Assembly (NCBI RefSeq): GCF_009914755.1
Contig: NC_060934.1
Direction: 5' to 3' (one strand)
Origin: the human T2T-CHM13v2.0 reference genome, Homo sapiens
Length of the DNA: 64,000 nucleotides
In this document: piece by piece, positions 31,086 to 45,371 of the stretch
How positions within the stretch are numbered: the first letter of the stretch is position 1
Layout: each line of letters starts with the position of its first letter
Notes under the pieces: model-generated
Seen by the model: only the letters and a program-made list of their open reading frames with translations
What the model was told of the DNA's origin: nothing
Databases searched by the model: none
Program-made: the position numbers and the translations under genes

Positions 31086-31838
31086 GTATAAGTTATTCCA
31101 TTTAGAATGACTTGATACTTTTAGAATCTTTAGGAAAGTTCCTGTAGGCCCATAGGAAAAGGAGTTTATAGTTACACCTAGTTCATGACTATATTAATTT
31201 ATGTCAGAAGGGAATTAGAATCATCATCAAAAGTTAGAGTTGGAAGTAACTTTATTGAGTATTTGGAAAAATGAATTGCAACCTCATGTCTCCTGATGTG
31301 TAGTTTAAAACAAAACAAAGCAACAACAAACAACAACAACAACAACAATCCAACATACTACCAAATTTATGCCAAAACCCCAAATGGAAAACAGGTAATG
31401 TGGTTCTATGCTGGCTGGAGGACAGGCAGGACAGTTTGAGCCCTTTCCCCCACCTGTTCTAAAAGGGTGTCACAAAGCCCCAAGGCACACTTTAAAAATC
31501 ACAAATCAGAAAAATCCGTGTTTGACTAATGAGGAAACTGAGGGTAGAGGCAGAAAGTGACTTTCCAATGTCACACACCAGGGACTCATTGGAGTCAAGG
31601 TTAGCAATTCATCTCTTTTGGTTGGCCCAGCTGTACAGTCACTGGTGTTGCCACCCCTTCCATGTGCTATGCAGACTGTTGAGGAAGGATGCTCCCTTTT
31701 GGACAAAAGCCTGTATTAATGTTCACAGTACTAATACTTAATTAATTTTTTTATTTTTTTGTGCTTTTTAAATTTTCTATAATAAATATGTATTGCTTCT
31801 ATAATCAGAAGAGATAACTTTTGGTTTTTAATTAATTA

Positions 31839-32138
31839 ATTTTTTTTAAGAGATAGAGTCTTGCTCTGTCCTCCAGGCTGGAGTGTAGTTGTGTAATCAT
31901 AGCTCACTGCATCCTCCAACTCCTGGGCTCAAGCAATCCTCCCACCTTAGTCTGCCAAGTAGCTAGGACTACAGGTGCGCACCACCATGCCCAGCTAATA
32001 TTTTATTTTATTTTATTTTGTAGGGATGGGGTCTCCCTGTGTTGCCCAGACTGATCTCTAACTCCTGGCCTCAAGTGATCATCCTGCCTCAGTCTCCCAA
32101 AGTGCAGGGATTACAGGTGTAAGCCACTGTGCCCAGCC
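31839..32138 (-). mobile_element. AluJ (Jb/Jo-like)
   Basis: atcatagctcactgca, ctcctgggctcaagcaatcc. Confidence 0.9.
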
Positions 32139-33069
32139 AGAAAAGATATTTTAAAAAATACTAAATTGATGAAGAGATGATTTGTATGCCTGGCATGGGG
32201 AATCCCAAGTTTTTGGACTTTTCTCATCTCTTGTGATTTCTCTGAGTGCTTGTTGTGATGATTTTGGGTTGGGTCTGGAGGCTGCTCCAGAGAGATATTA
32301 TGTTGTTCTGTGATGGCGTGTTTGCTCTCTATTTGTTTATTTTTGATACTGCCCAAAGTAAGGCCCAGCATTAGAGACCTCCTCTCAACTGTCCCTAATC
32401 TTCCCCTCTAGTATCATCTCTTAAGACTCTAGTTAAAAATGGCTAATTGACTGTCAACCACACCAAGTCAATTGGTGCCAATTGCTGCCTTTCAGTTTTT
32501 ACCCATATAGTTCCACCTGTCTAAGAATGCCTTTTCCCCCCAATCTCTGCTATTGAAGTACTGATACTGCCTTTCAAAGGCCCATTGCACACCCATTTCA
32601 CTCATTCACTGATTTATTAATCTATCAACAAATATTTATTAAGGGCCTCCATCTGCCAGGCACTGACTGTTCTATGCCCTTGGATTAGAATGGTGAACAG
32701 AATAGACATGGTCTCTTTAATTACACAGGTAAATCTTCAGTGAGAGCCTGATAGTAAGCAAGTAAACATATGGAGTTCATACATCCATCTATCCATCCAA
32801 TTTCAAAATGTGGTAAGTGCAATGAAAGAGGATAACGAGTGGCCCTATTTCAGGATGGGTGGTCAAAGAAGGCCTCTCGGGAGAAGTGCCCTTTGAGCTG
32901 ACACTTGAAGAATATAAGGGAAGGACTGTGGGAATGAAGAGGGAAGAGCTTTTTAGGCAGAGGTCCTCAGCTAGAAGAGTTGGAAGAACTGAAGCAAGCC
33001 CAGCGAGGCTGGAGCAGAGTGGATGACTAATGACCACTCAAGTGCTAAATGTTTCACTGATGCATTTTG

Positions 33070-33232
33070 TATATTATTTGTCTCCCTCTGCTAGAGTGCA
33101 AAATTCAGGAAGGAAGGTATTTTTGTCTGATTTCTTTACTACTTTATCCTCAGTGTCTAAAACAGTGCTTTGAACATAGTAGGCACTCAGTAAATATGTT
33201 CGAGTGAATGAATGCATGAATAAATAAATAAG
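33070..33232 (+). mobile_element. L2 3' end, opposite orientation
   Basis: cagtgctttgaacatagtaggcactcagtaaatatgttcgagtgaatgaatg. Confidence 0.8.
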
Positions 33233-33569
33233 AGTGTGATGGAAGAAAACTGGAGAAGTAGGCAGGGATGACATCATACAGGGCCTGTGGGTTATGATAA
33301 ATGCTTGGATTTTATTTTCATGAAGTGGCAAATAACGGGAATTTTAACGGAAGAATTACATGACCTAAGATAGCCTTTAAATATGTCCCCACCTGACTTT
33401 TAGGTGGAAAAAGGGTTGGAGGTTGGCAGTTGAAGAAGCAAGTTAAAAGTCTATTGCAGTAACTTGGCAGGAGGCATCATGGTACTGTTGGCAGTGTGGA
33501 TGGAGAGGAAGAGATGAATTCATGATGGTTTTTGGAGGACAGACAATAGCAGGATTTGCTGATGGATTT

Positions 33570-34131
33570 TGTGGTTGACATTGTAGATTGATTTCCTAAT
33601 ATCCATTCTCCCTTTCTTTCCTATTAATATAATGTTATAGAATATAAATAATGTAACATTTATAATGTAAGTGTGGTTTGGGGGTGACAATGTACCTAAC
33701 TAAAAAGAAAATTCTGTATTTTCCAGCTTCTCTTGCAACTAAGGGTAGTCATGTGATATAGTTCAGACCAATGAGATGTAAGAGGGAAATGCTGCATAGG
33801 GGATTCTGGAAAAGCTCTTTAAAAGGAAGTGGATTTAACTGCCAAATAAATTTTTCCCTTTGTTCTTCCTCTTCTTCTTGCTTGAATTGCAGATGCCATT
33901 TGGAGTAGCTACTTTGAGGACAAGAGACAAAAAGCCTGAGGAGAAAGTCACCATGAAGGAAACAGAAAGATTAAACAGCATGCGTGATCTTTGATTCAGA
34001 GTCCCCATCTCACCCTGGACTGCCTTCCTTTGGAATTCCCTTGTGGAAAAAAAAATTAAACTCTTATTTGGTTAAATCATTGTAAGTTAAATTTAGTTTA
34101 TGTATCACCAAACTTATTTCTAACTGATTCA
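33570..34131 (+). mobile_element. LTR33 (ERVL) solo LTR
   Basis: tgtggttgaca...aatatccattctccctttc...cttgcaactaagggtagtcatgtga...accaatgagatgtaag...ctaactgattca; L2 resumes on both sides. Confidence 0.8.
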
Positions 34132-34266
34132 GATTGGATGTGGGAGAAGCAAGATAGGATAATTCTATTTTTTCCCCCTTCCCTCAAACAACTGTTTAAA
34201 TGGAAGACTGGGTGAGGAACAGATTTTAAATGGAGGTTGTGTATGTCAGTATGTATATGTTTGTGT

Positions 34267-34269
<3 letters not shown>

Positions 34270-34344
<75 letters not shown>
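34270..34344. repeat. Compound (TG)n(AG)n microsatellite
   Basis: Direct reading. Confidence 0.97.
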
Positions 34345-35469
34345 AGATGAAATCCAAGACTTCCATTTTGGATAGTTAAAGCTTGAGATATCTGTTAGAT
34401 ATCCACATTGCAATGTTAACCAAACAGTTGGTTTTGTGACCTTGTCTTTCAAAGAAGAGTCTGGAATAAAGATAGAAATCTGGCAGTTGTCAGCATAGAG
34501 ATGGTATTTAAAGTCATATAAATGGCTGAGATTTCCCAGAGCAGGAGAGTATGTAGATGGAAGAGCAAAAGGCCCATGGCTAAACCCTGAAAGTGTCAGC
34601 ATTTAGAGGTGAGGAGAGGAAGAGTTGCTGTAGAAGAAGAAGGAATAGCCTGTGGGGATCACCAGGAGGGCAAAGTTACATCAAGACAGTGGGTTTCCTG
34701 GGCCCACCTCGTTTTTGTGTGGCACACTCACGCAAATGGACACTTTTTACACCTTGCACTGGATATTAGTTCTCTTCTTGTGTGTGGGCTGCTTTCCCTC
34801 TTGTTGAGATTTCAGGTCTCCAGGGACTGGGGTCATGTCTGTCCTTTGTAGTTCCCCAAACCAGGCACAGCACTTCACCTTGAGGTGATGCTTGCTAATG
34901 CTTGGCAATGGTAATCTGTGCCCGCTGGGGGCAGGGAGAAAAAAGGGGGTGTTTAGAAACAGAAAGCTAGTTTGGAAAATGAAAAAATTGGAAAGTATGC
35001 TCAATCCTGGGTTGAAAGTCTCCTTGAGCAGCAGAATGAGATACATTATCTGACTAGAGAGAAGGCTTTTTAAGAATTTTGAGAGCATAGGTTGACTATA
35101 GGTCATAGGGCCTAGGAAAAATCAGAAAGATGAAAGAAGAGATGGTGCAGAATCCAAGAATTTCATTGTGTCAGGGTTCAGGTGGAGAGAGTAGCTTTCA
35201 CCAGAAACACTAAGGGCTTATATTAGAAGTTGAGCAGGAAAGGACGGCGTGTTCCCAGGGCTGGGATGAGCTCATGATGGCTGCTGGGGTGAAATAAAGA
35301 GGAAGGAACAATAAAACCAAGACTACATGCTGACCCACAGTTATGGCATAGGCTTATTCTCGAGATTTCCTACAGTGGTCTTTGGCACAAAGTGCTGATG
35401 TCCTATTATGGAGGCCTAGGTTGTGGGAGGGAAGTGAAGCCCTGGGCTAGAAGGCCAAACTCCAAATCC

Positions 35470-36030
35470 TTCATTTATTCACACATTCATTCATATTTGG
35501 TATGCAATTACTATAAGCAAGTCCTGAGGATACGGTGGTGTAAAAGGCAAAACATATACCTGATTTCATGGAACTCACATTCTAGGGGTGGTTTGTGTAT
35601 ATATGAGAACAGTAACTAGAAAAAAATAATGAACAAGGTATTTTATGTAACGATAAGAGCTATGAAGAAAATCAGACATGACGATTTTCAGCTAGAGCTA
35701 CCCAAAGCATGATCTTTGAGTCAACAACAACATATGAGCAATCAGTTTGTTAAAAATGCAGAATCTCAGAAGACGGCCTAGACCTACTGATTCAGAATCA
35801 TCATTGTAACAGGATCCCCTTGTCATTTCTTTGCATGCTAATGTTTGAGAAGCACTGAGCTAGACAGTGGGAAATGGAAGGTTTCTCTGCCTAGGTGACA
35901 TCTGAGCTGAGACTTGAATGAAGAAAAGCTGTCCATGTAAAGATCTGGGAGCAGAAAGATCCAGGCAGAGGAAATGGAAAGTACAAGGGGCTGGATGAGA
36001 GAACAAGCTTGGCTTGTTCGCAAAACAGAG
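35470..36030 (-). mobile_element. L2 interrupted by MER5A
   Basis: cattcattcatatttgg...catggaactcacattctagg; ggtgacatctgagctgagacttgaatga. Confidence 0.7.
35693..35857. mobile_element. MER5A-type hAT-Charlie MITE
   Basis: tgttaaaaatgcagaatctcag...gacctactgattcagaatc...gtttgagaagcactg. Confidence 0.8.
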
Positions 36031-36718
36031 AGACCCGTGTCTTCATCATGGAGCACCTCTTCTCCTCTCTCCTTACCTGGTTAGTCCTCACCCAGCTGTC
36101 AGACCTCAGCCTAGACCTCACTTCCTCTGGGAGCCTTCCCCGACCCTCAAACACCCTTCCTGTCCAGCCCCACCCACCCAATTCTAGTCCAGCATGAGAG
36201 TGGTCTGGCTGTTTTCCTCCCCAGCATGCCTGTGATCTTAGTACTGAATAGGTGGTATGTAATTTTGTTTAATGACAATTCAAATGAAAGTGAGAAATCT
36301 AGAAAGATGGAAGAGGCAGGCTATAGAAGCAGTTCATACCACATCTTTGTTTATGGGCAACGTTGGTAACTCTTGAAACCTTGTAGCCATAGCCTGGGCA
36401 GAAGCACCCCAGCCTCCTCTCTGTGGAGTCTTCGCACACTCCCTTTCTTTTGACCCTCATTGCTCTGAGATCTGTGGTCAGACACTCTGTAAATATTTCC
36501 TTTCAAGCAAGGATTCAGGGTGCAGCAGAGCTTATGGGCTGCTAGAAAGGCCATGCTATTGAATAAGCTACAATGCAATATGCTGGATGCAATCAGGTAG
36601 TGGAGAACAAGTAACTGTTGGAGCTCAGAGAAGGGCTGGGCACCAAATTCTGGAGAGATTTAGGAGGTTCCACTGGAGCTGGCTCTTAAGAGAGGAAGAA
36701 GAATTTTTTAAGTTCAAG

Positions 36719-36950
36719 GGGGTGGTGGCAAGGTGGCAGTAATTGGTGGTGAGGGTGATGGAGGGCAGTGATGGTGGTGGTGGTGGTGATGCTGGCTTTG
36801 AATGACGTGGGTGGCGATGATGGGAGATGGTGATGGTGGTGGTGATGACAGTGATGGTGGAAGTGGGTGGGAGTGGTGAAAAGGGTGATGGCATCAGTGG
36901 CCAGGTTGCTGTGGTGATGGTAGCAGTCATGGTAATCATGGTGATGGTGA
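36719..36950. repeat. Degenerate (GGT/GAT)n low-complexity repeat
   Basis: ggtggtggtggtgatg... runs. Confidence 0.9.
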
Positions 36951-37189
36951 AGTGTATTCTAGACGGAGGTCGCAGCATGCCCACGAACGTAAAGTCATGA
37001 AAGATCTCTTTAAGTCTAAAAACATGGTAGGGTGGCCACAGATGGACAGGTTGGAGCCAGATGTAAAGGCCTTGTGGGCCAAGACGAACTCATTTTCATT
37101 AAAGTTGAAGTAGGTAATGAGCTTGAAGAGAACTGGCTGCACTGTGAGGGAGGAAGTGATGTTTCCTGTTATAATTACCTTTCTCGTTT

Positions 37190-37473
<284 letters not shown>

Positions 37474-37664
37474 CCTTTCTCGTTTTATAATTGTCCAGTG
37501 GGACACCAATAGGGAAGGGTCAAAGGAATGTATGGAATATACACAAATCTACTTCTCCTTAAATCCAGCATCCTAGAAACTGGAAGAATTTCCCCTTTGG
37601 GGCAAAGTAATATTGAAATTATTCAAGAAAGATATTTAGTTATCTCCTTTGTGTGTTTTCATCT

Positions 37665-37810
37665 ACTCAGTCATTCATTAATTTCTTTACTCATTCAAAA
37701 TGTTTTTATTGAATACTTGCAAAGTTCAATGCACAGGGTATGATGGCCAAAAAAACAAATAAATGACATATTCAGCCCTCAAGGAGATTACAATCTAGTG
37801 GAAATACAGG
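37665..37810 (-). mobile_element. L2 3' end
   Basis: cattcaaaatgtttttattgaatacttg...gccctcaaggagattacaatctagt. Confidence 0.65.
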
Positions 37811-39229
37811 GATAGGACTGGGCAGAGTGCACAGCATTGAGAGAGTCCTGTGTGCTGAGCCTGACTTTGCAGACCAGGGCAGCTCATTAACTTCTTCATT
37901 TGTCACTTTCTTCCTGAGTCTTTATTGTGTTCATGCTGTGTTAAAGAATAAGAAGATAAGCAAAATAGTTCTTGCCCTAAGAAGCAAGACGTCTACAGTC
38001 TAAGGAGGAAATGTCTCCCGACCTCTTTACTCCTCATCTATATTATTTATATATTTGTGTATAGGGGGAGGTTGACCAGAAGATTTTTAAGGTCCTTTAC
38101 AAATTTAATATTTTATGACAAGGAGATTCAAGATTTGTAGAGAGCACCTTCATTTTATATATAAACCCAAGTTAAAGTCTATATTTTATGCTAACTTTGC
38201 TAGATGCTCTAAAAGTACAGACCTCCCCTCCCCATCCCCCACCTCCTCACACAGAGTAAGTTATTTTGAATCCTTGTAAAATCTTATGGTGGATTTATGT
38301 GGGGTTGGTAGTCAGTTTTCAAACCTAGGTGCAGGGCGCATGGGCATCCGAGGGAATTTCAGGATCCTGAAGGACGTGGTTTGGGACGTAGTCACATAAT
38401 GAAAGAGCTGGTTGTTCTGTGTTCATGCTAGGGAATGTGGTTTGAGTGGCTGTGGGAACTTCAACTTTGTGACTTTCTGTGTAACTGAAATCTCAACCCC
38501 CAAGTGTGTCGCAGTGACTTCTCTGACACAGCACATGTAACTCAGCTCTCTCCTGATGTCTGTTTTTCTTGCTCTCAGGAGAAGAAATGGCCTAAACAAT
38601 CTTCATTGGCCAGCAGTTGAAAAAATATTTGTTTTGGTTTTGTTGAGCACTTTCCCTGTTGAAACATGAACATTTTGAGGGGAGGGGAGATCCCCATTGT
38701 GTACGTTTGATTCATTTATCCTTAGCAAATCAATTGTTTCAAGTAGAGCCTTTATGTCCAAGAAGGCTATAGAAAGCTTTACTGCCCTTTTCCTTTCAAA
38801 CAGGAAGTTGCATTTGGCCAAAAGTAAACAAATGTGAACCCGGGAAGGTTTGTTTAGTTTCTAATGCTGACTTCAGGACCTGAGAATGGAGTCTGTGCTT
38901 GGCAAAAATGCCTTCTCTGGGATCTGTCTGGGCCAAAATATTCTCTGCTTATGACCTGGCCTTTGTGCTCTGGTAAACATCCTCCTCTTACCAGCCCCCA
39001 GAAATTCACTGCCAAAGGCCACAGGCAGTTTTGCTTGCTTATCAGAAATATTCTAAAGGTGATGGCAACTTGGAAACATACTTTCAGCAGGACTTAGCTT
39101 TCTGGAGAGTGGCCACTGTGAAAATGGCCTGTAGCTTGGAAATCTCAGGGGGTGTGAATGTAATTTGACATTCTTTGTGCACAGGCATGGGCTAGCCCCT
39201 CTGGGTGAAGAAGCTTTCAGGAAAGTGAC

Positions 39230-39420
39230 TGTTACTACTCAGCTAACAATGTAGTGCTGAGCACTTTGCAGGACCGAGCTCACGGAAGTCTCACACAAGT
39301 CCTAGGAGGAAGGTGCTATTATTATCTCCAGTATACAGATGAGAGAACTAAGGCTTGAGAAGGCCATGAAACTTGGCCCAAGCTCACACAACTAGTCAAG
39401 TGTCAGAGCCCTCAGCTCTC
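39230..39420 (-). mobile_element. MIR
   Basis: tattattatctccagtatacagatgagagaactaaggctt. Confidence 0.7.
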
Positions 39421-40069
39421 TCTGCCTTCTGATTTAGAGATTTTAATTAGTGCAAGTTCAATATCTAAACTCTAGGAAGTTGCTAAGTATTTGGGGTAGA
39501 ACCACATGATTCAGGTGATGATCAGTGTATGACACTTTACTATGACAGGCCAAAGAATTGAGTAAGTAGCATTTAAAGTTTTTACTGAATGGGATTAATG
39601 TCTTGTTCCAGGAAGGATTGAAGGCAGCTGATATAAACTGGGCAATATGTGAGTAGGTAGAGATGGTGAGCTCCAGAGGAATTTGGGATGATTCTCAGAG
39701 GAGGGACACTGGTTGGGCCTTGAAGGATGAGTGGGAATTAGGTAAGTAAAGAACATTTCAGATTTGGGGAATCAGAATCAACTCTCTTTTAGGAGGCTTG
39801 CATTTGAAGCTACTCCATGAAAATGTTCTAAGTACACACAGTGACCTTTCTTGGGCTATGCTCCTACACTTGCTGAGCTCTTATATTCTTGAGAGATGTT
39901 TTATCAGCCTAAGCATGCAAAGAAACATGTGACCTGTGAAGTAATCCTTCACCAAGAGCACGTGCCAAAGCTGGTCAATATTGGGCCAGAAATTCTCCCC
40001 ATCCCACCCCACCCTGCCCTGTCATTAACCAATTCTCCCCACATCCTAGTGTCACTAGTCTTTTCATGG

Positions 40070-40315
40070 TTCTGAAAACATGTTATTGCTTAAGTGCATT
40101 TCTCTACCATACTTTACAGACATTATCACTAGTCCTCACAACTGCTCTAATAAGGTAAATGACATTAGGCCCATTTTACAGTGGAGGAAACTGAGACTGA
40201 GAGGTGTTAAGAACTTTGCCCAAGTCATACAACTTCTTGGTGGTGGAAGCAACTAATTCATGGAAGAAACAGATCTGATGCCAAAGCCCGTGTTCTCTCT
40301 ACTCTACCACATACT
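40070..40315 (-). mobile_element. MIR
   Basis: cccattttacagtggaggaaactgagactgagagg...gcccaagtcatacaac. Confidence 0.8.
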
Positions 40316-42644
40316 CTCCTTAGAACCGAATGAAGACTCCCCAGGCAGTTTTTGCTAGTATTCTGGATTTGTTTAAAAATCCTCATAAGATGTTAACAAC
40401 TTTAAGTCCTGTGGTGGTATGGGGGACCTGAACACCTGGGTGCATTTTCTTTTATTTACTCTAACAGGGACACAGACCTCTGGCTTCTTTCATAGAAACC
40501 CCCCTTTTTGAAATGTCTCTGTTTTGTTCATTCAGGAGAACAGATCAGCATCTCTCATGCAAGGCCTGGCTCTGTGCCCATCTCACTTTTGCAATGAATT
40601 TAGCAACATCTGCTTTGCCCATTAAAGTGATTTTTCTCTTCCTGGCCCTGAGCCTGTATGCTTGCTGCAATTGATTACTAGCAATTTCCTTCCCAAACCA
40701 GAGAGTTCAGTGAACTCTAAATTGAATTGTTGCTCACTGGTCTCCTTTGGACCAATTGCATATGGCTTACGTGCAAAATGGTCAAGCCACTCAGTTCCCG
40801 AATCTATAGGCTGATGATTCTGGTTAAACGTGGGAGAGGACCTGATGAGTGACATTTCCCATTTTTGCACACAGTGGCCTAGGACTGTGGTCACTTCTGT
40901 GTTTCTCAATTTCAGGTGGGGGGAGGGGATGAAGCCACCTTGCTTACAGCAAGGCTGTTGAAGTACACACCCTCTTTCCTTTCAGTCATATTGCAGCACC
41001 AATGGCCTCAGATGTAGTTGCCTGGAAACCTTGTTTCAGAGACATCTGAGAAACATATATCTAGCTCCAGAAGTGGCTTAGAAAGACCTCAGGAAGATGC
41101 ATATCACTGTACTCTTTTGAAGGCAGCAGTGGGTCCCTTTAAGTGGTTCAGGCAGCTTTTTAAGATAAAGCAACGCCCAAAGTGATGCTGAGCCTGTATA
41201 CCTGGCCTGCTGCTCCATCTTGATTGGCGGATATCTAGTTATCCTTTGAGATGTAGTCTGAGTGTTACCTCTCAGGGAGTCTGCCCATGTCTCACTCAGC
41301 CCTGTATTCCCAATATCTAGCACAGTGAGTACATGTAGTGCACCCTCAGTGAAAGGACAAATGAGTGAAGGATGCTGCTCTTCTCGTGAGAAGATTTTAA
41401 ACTGGTACTTTGCTCTGAGCTGTCCTTGAAGTGTCTCTCCTTCCCCACAGCCATGATAGCTTTACACAGGGACAGTGAGGAGTTGTTGGTTATTTAGAGA
41501 AGTGAAAGTCAGGAGTCTCCTCTGCCACATAGTCCTAAAAAAAAAAAACAACAAAAAACCCAAAACAAAGGAACTTATTACTGACCAAATTACTTCCATA
41601 TATCAGGGAGGTTAATTTAAAGCTAGGAATCTATAAATAAGAAAAAGGTAGCATAAATGACTAACATCAAATAGTATTGACAATTGCTGGAAATCATTTG
41701 AGTCATTGCACATTCTGTCTCTTTGAGCAGACATTCCCCGTTTCCACCACAATTGCTGACTGCATACCTACCAGTATCAGCAGCCACTTCTGAAATGATT
41801 ATCGCAGACGAGACTGCAAATATCCTATTCTTGCAGAACTCTGTCACAAACATCTTTAGCATCGAGCTTGGGGCTTTCTGCCTTTATTTCTGGAAGAGAT
41901 CTCATTTATAGTATTACTATAGTGGAAAAAGATGAGAAAAAGCAGAGTATTCCGAAAAGCATGGCTCAGCTTGAAACTATGCGATCCATACCTCTTAACC
42001 AATGGGAGCTGCAACTCCAAAGTGTTTAGGGAGTCCTAGGGTTTTTAGCTTCTAGAAAGGCCTTAGGTCTTTATTTCTTCATTTAATCCCTGCACATTGG
42101 CAGGTGGCCCCTGTAGACCTACAGAGGAAATGGGCTAGTGAACTTCAAGGGAAACTTAGCTGGGCTTCATATGGCGATATGAAGTTAGGGAAAAGACATT
42201 CAGCATTTTTTTTCTAGCTTTGAGAACCTAACAGGAAAAAGGCTGGGGAAATATTCCAATTGTCTACCCTTGGACTTTACTATCCGTTTATCAGATGCAA
42301 TTAAACTGGGTATCTTTCCTTTCTCCAGTCCCTGGCAGTAGAGAGGAAAGACCTCAGCCCCCCATGTAATGAAAGGAGATGGTCTGTGCTTAGTCATGCT
42401 GTTTCAGTTCTGCTGCCTGTCACCCTGGTAGCTGGGATTAAAATACATCCTTCCCCTTTCCAGAGTTTCTTGCTCAAACTGAACAGGACTTTTCCAAGAG
42501 AAATGGATCACTCTAAGGTTCAACTCCTCAGGCCCAGGCTCCGTCCAAAATTCCAGGTTGAACAAATCATTAAGGATAGGTATATGTTACAATCTACCCA
42601 GCGCTAACTAAACCTCCTCCACCATCAGATCGCCACCACTGCCA

Positions 42645-42795
42645 TCAAAATGGCAGTTCACATAAAATTAATGCTGATCATGTGCCAGACGCTGCATAAG
42701 CACTTAACATATGCGATTTCATATGTGATCATCAGACAGCTCCATAAGGTAGGTTTTATAATCACTTTATACAAATAGAGAAACTGAAGGTCTTA
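42645..42795 (-). mobile_element. MIR fragment
   Basis: atgtgccagacgctg...aaggtagg...tttatacaaatagagaaactgaag. Confidence 0.6.
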
Positions 42796-43371
42796 AAATT
42801 TAATTTTTTTTTTTTTAGGCAACAAGTGTTCATTGAGAGTGTGGGGCATGGTGCGAAATTCTGGGGACAGCACAGTCCCCCTGGGCTCTCAGTGAAAGCA
42901 CATTGAAACTCGTGTGCTGCAACAGGTTACAGAGGAAGTCTTTGAGCGCTTCATGTGTAGCGGGTTTAATTCTTCTTTTTTCTTGATTTTCACACGCCCC
43001 TGCACTTCCTGCTCTTTCCTGGGCCTGGAAGCGGAAGTACTGAAATACTGAGACAAACTGTTCTTATGGTTTTTAGAGGTTGGTCAAAACCAGGAAGGAC
43101 AAGACATCAGAAGGCTGGTTCTCTCTGGGTTCTCTCTGACTAGGGGATAAGAGCTGGGTCTTGGGTCCCTTGACCATGTTTTTATTCTTCCTTTGAATTG
43201 GTTGGGCTCGGCAAAGTCAGTCAAGAACTTGATCTTAGCTGCAGCTGCATTGTTCAATGGCAGGCTGATTATTGTGTTTTCAACTTCATTTTTCATCGAT
43301 AACTGAAAGGATATGTCTTTAGTGGAAGGTGATGCTCATATTGATTTTGTGACTTCAGATTGGTATATGCA

Positions 43372-43930
43372 CTGATTTATTTATCCAACAAATATTTATC
43401 AAGCATCTACTTGTATGTCCTTCATGAAAAGCCCTGATAGAGCTTATATTCCAATGGAGGAAAGAAAGTAAACAAAACAGTTAAATATGCAGCATGTGAG
43501 AAGATGAAATTACTATGGCGGAAATTAAAGTGAAGGGAGGATGGGGAATGTTTGGCTGGCAGGTATTGCAATTTTCATAGGGTTGTTAGGGAAGGCCTCA
43601 GGAAGAAGGTAATAGCCGAATGAAGATCTAAAGGAGTTGAGGGAGCAAGCTATGTGGATATGGGGGAAGAGGGCTCTAAGCAGAGAAAACAGCAAGTGCA
43701 AATGTCCTGAGGCTGGAAGCTGCCTGGTGTGCCTCAGGAACAGCAAGGTGGCCACTATGGCTGGAGCACCATCAGGAAGGGGGAGAGAGGAAGGACCTAT
43801 AGTCAGAGGAAATGGGGTCATATTGTGTCATGAGAATCCTGAGAACAGAGGAAGTCCATGAGGTTGTTCTGTGAGTGAGACAGGGAGCCTCTGGAAGGTT
43901 TTAGCAAAGAAGGGTTGTGATCTGACAAAG
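43372..43930 (-). mobile_element. L2
   Basis: ccaacaaatatttatcaagcatctac; acagcaagtgcaaatgtcctgaggctggaagctgcctgg. Confidence 0.8.
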
Positions 43931-44174
43931 TAATGTTGAATTAGTTATTTTTGCAGAAGCACTGATGCCTCCTGCTGACACTGACTTGTGCATGAGAAGC
44001 AAGAGATAATGAATTTGAGATTTGATTGAGCCTCCTGACCCTCTGTGGGTACCACTCCCATTTAAGTGGAGGCCAGGAAGGCTCGGAGAGTTTTAGTGAC
44101 TTCCTCATGCCATTAGCCATACAAGTAGTAAGTGGATGAGGTAGGTAAGGTAAGCGACATAGTTTAAGAATGCC

Positions 44175-44551
44175 TTATGGCTGTGCTCCTTCTAGAGGCT
44201 CAAGGAGAGAGCCCGTGTCCTTGCCTTGTATTGTGTTCAGAGGCTACCCACATTTCTTGGCTGTGGTCCTCTTCCTTCATCTCTAAAGCTAGCGGTATCA
44301 CATCCCTATGACCCTTCTTCCTTTGTCAAGTCTCTTTCTCTGACCTTAGCTGGAAAACATTCTCCACTTTTAAGGGTTCATATGATTAAGCTGGGCCCAC
44401 CCAGATAATCCAGAGTAATTTTCTCTTCTCAGAGCTTGTAACTTTAATCACACCTACAAGGTTGCTTTACAATGTCAGGTAACATATTCACAGGTTCTGG
44501 AGATTAGGGCATGGGCATTTTTGAAGGACTGCTATTTTGCCTAGAGCACCA
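44175..44551 (-). mobile_element. MLT1 (C/D-like) LTR, partial
   Basis: ttttaagggttcatatgattaagctgggcccacccagataatccag; aacatattcacaggttctggagattagg. Confidence 0.8.
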
Positions 44552-45371
44552 TAATTATTAAACACTTTCCATGTTTTATTACATTTAAATATGATGACAG
44601 CTACAACAGGCAGGCAAGAATGTTATTCCATTCTTTTCCCCAAGGTTAAATGGTTAGTGCATGTCAAGGAAATTTGGAAAAGCCTGTGATAATTAAGGGC
44701 AAGTCAGCTTATTAACAACAGGACTCAATGCCTTAAATTAACTAACACATTGTGAGTCTACAGAAAGTGTGGTTGTGGGAGGGGGTAGGAAATGGAGAGG
44801 GTAGATATTAGAATATAGCACTTGATCTTGGGTCCTTTGGCATCTTTAAATAGAAATTTGAGAGCTTAGTGGTCTGTGAACACACTGTAAAAATGCTACC
44901 CTAGACTATAAGCCATCCACAGGGCAGGAATTATCATTTGTTCCTCTTTATACCTTTGGGTTCTGGCAGAGTGCCTGGCTTATTAGTGATGCTGAATAAA
45001 TATTTTATTCCTGAACTGAATTTCCTTAATTCCTCATGCCCTACATTTCGAGCTTTGAAGCACTTTCAACACTTTGTTCTATTTCTAACCAATTGTATAT
45101 TTTATTGTGCATCATTCATGTGCCTTGGGTGGTGGGGATACCCAGACTTGTAGGATAATTCCCTACATTTTTCTAGTACTTGTCACTTTCAAAGTGTATT
45201 TACTTGTATAACTTTAAAATTAACTCTGCAAGACAGGTATTATTTGCTAATTTTATGGATAAGGAAATGGGGTAAGAGAAGTTTTCGGCTCATCTGATAT
45301 TATCCAGCTGCTTCTGCGGTGGTATCTTAGCTGAACACTAGAAATTCTCATTTCATAGTTGCTAGTTTAGA

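Larger units (their letters stand above)
32598..34690 (-). mobile_element. Long fragmented L2, interrupted by a + strand L2 tail, LTR33 and a microsatellite
   Basis: caacaaatatttatt (32626); gcaggatttgctgatggat (33549); gttgtcagcatagagatggtatttaaagtcat (34486). Confidence 0.75.

Noticed and set aside
32598-33232. Opposed L2 3' ends, as in L2-derived miRNAs
   Set aside because: Ends are ~500 nt apart and diverged; not a pre-miRNA-sized hairpin
36625-36984. 119-aa Thr/Pro/His-rich ORF
   Set aside because: Product of the (GGT/GAT)n low-complexity repeat
38540-38620. Good splice acceptor tgtttttcttgctctcag|GAG
   Set aside because: No convincing donor or open coding frame downstream; isolated acceptors are common
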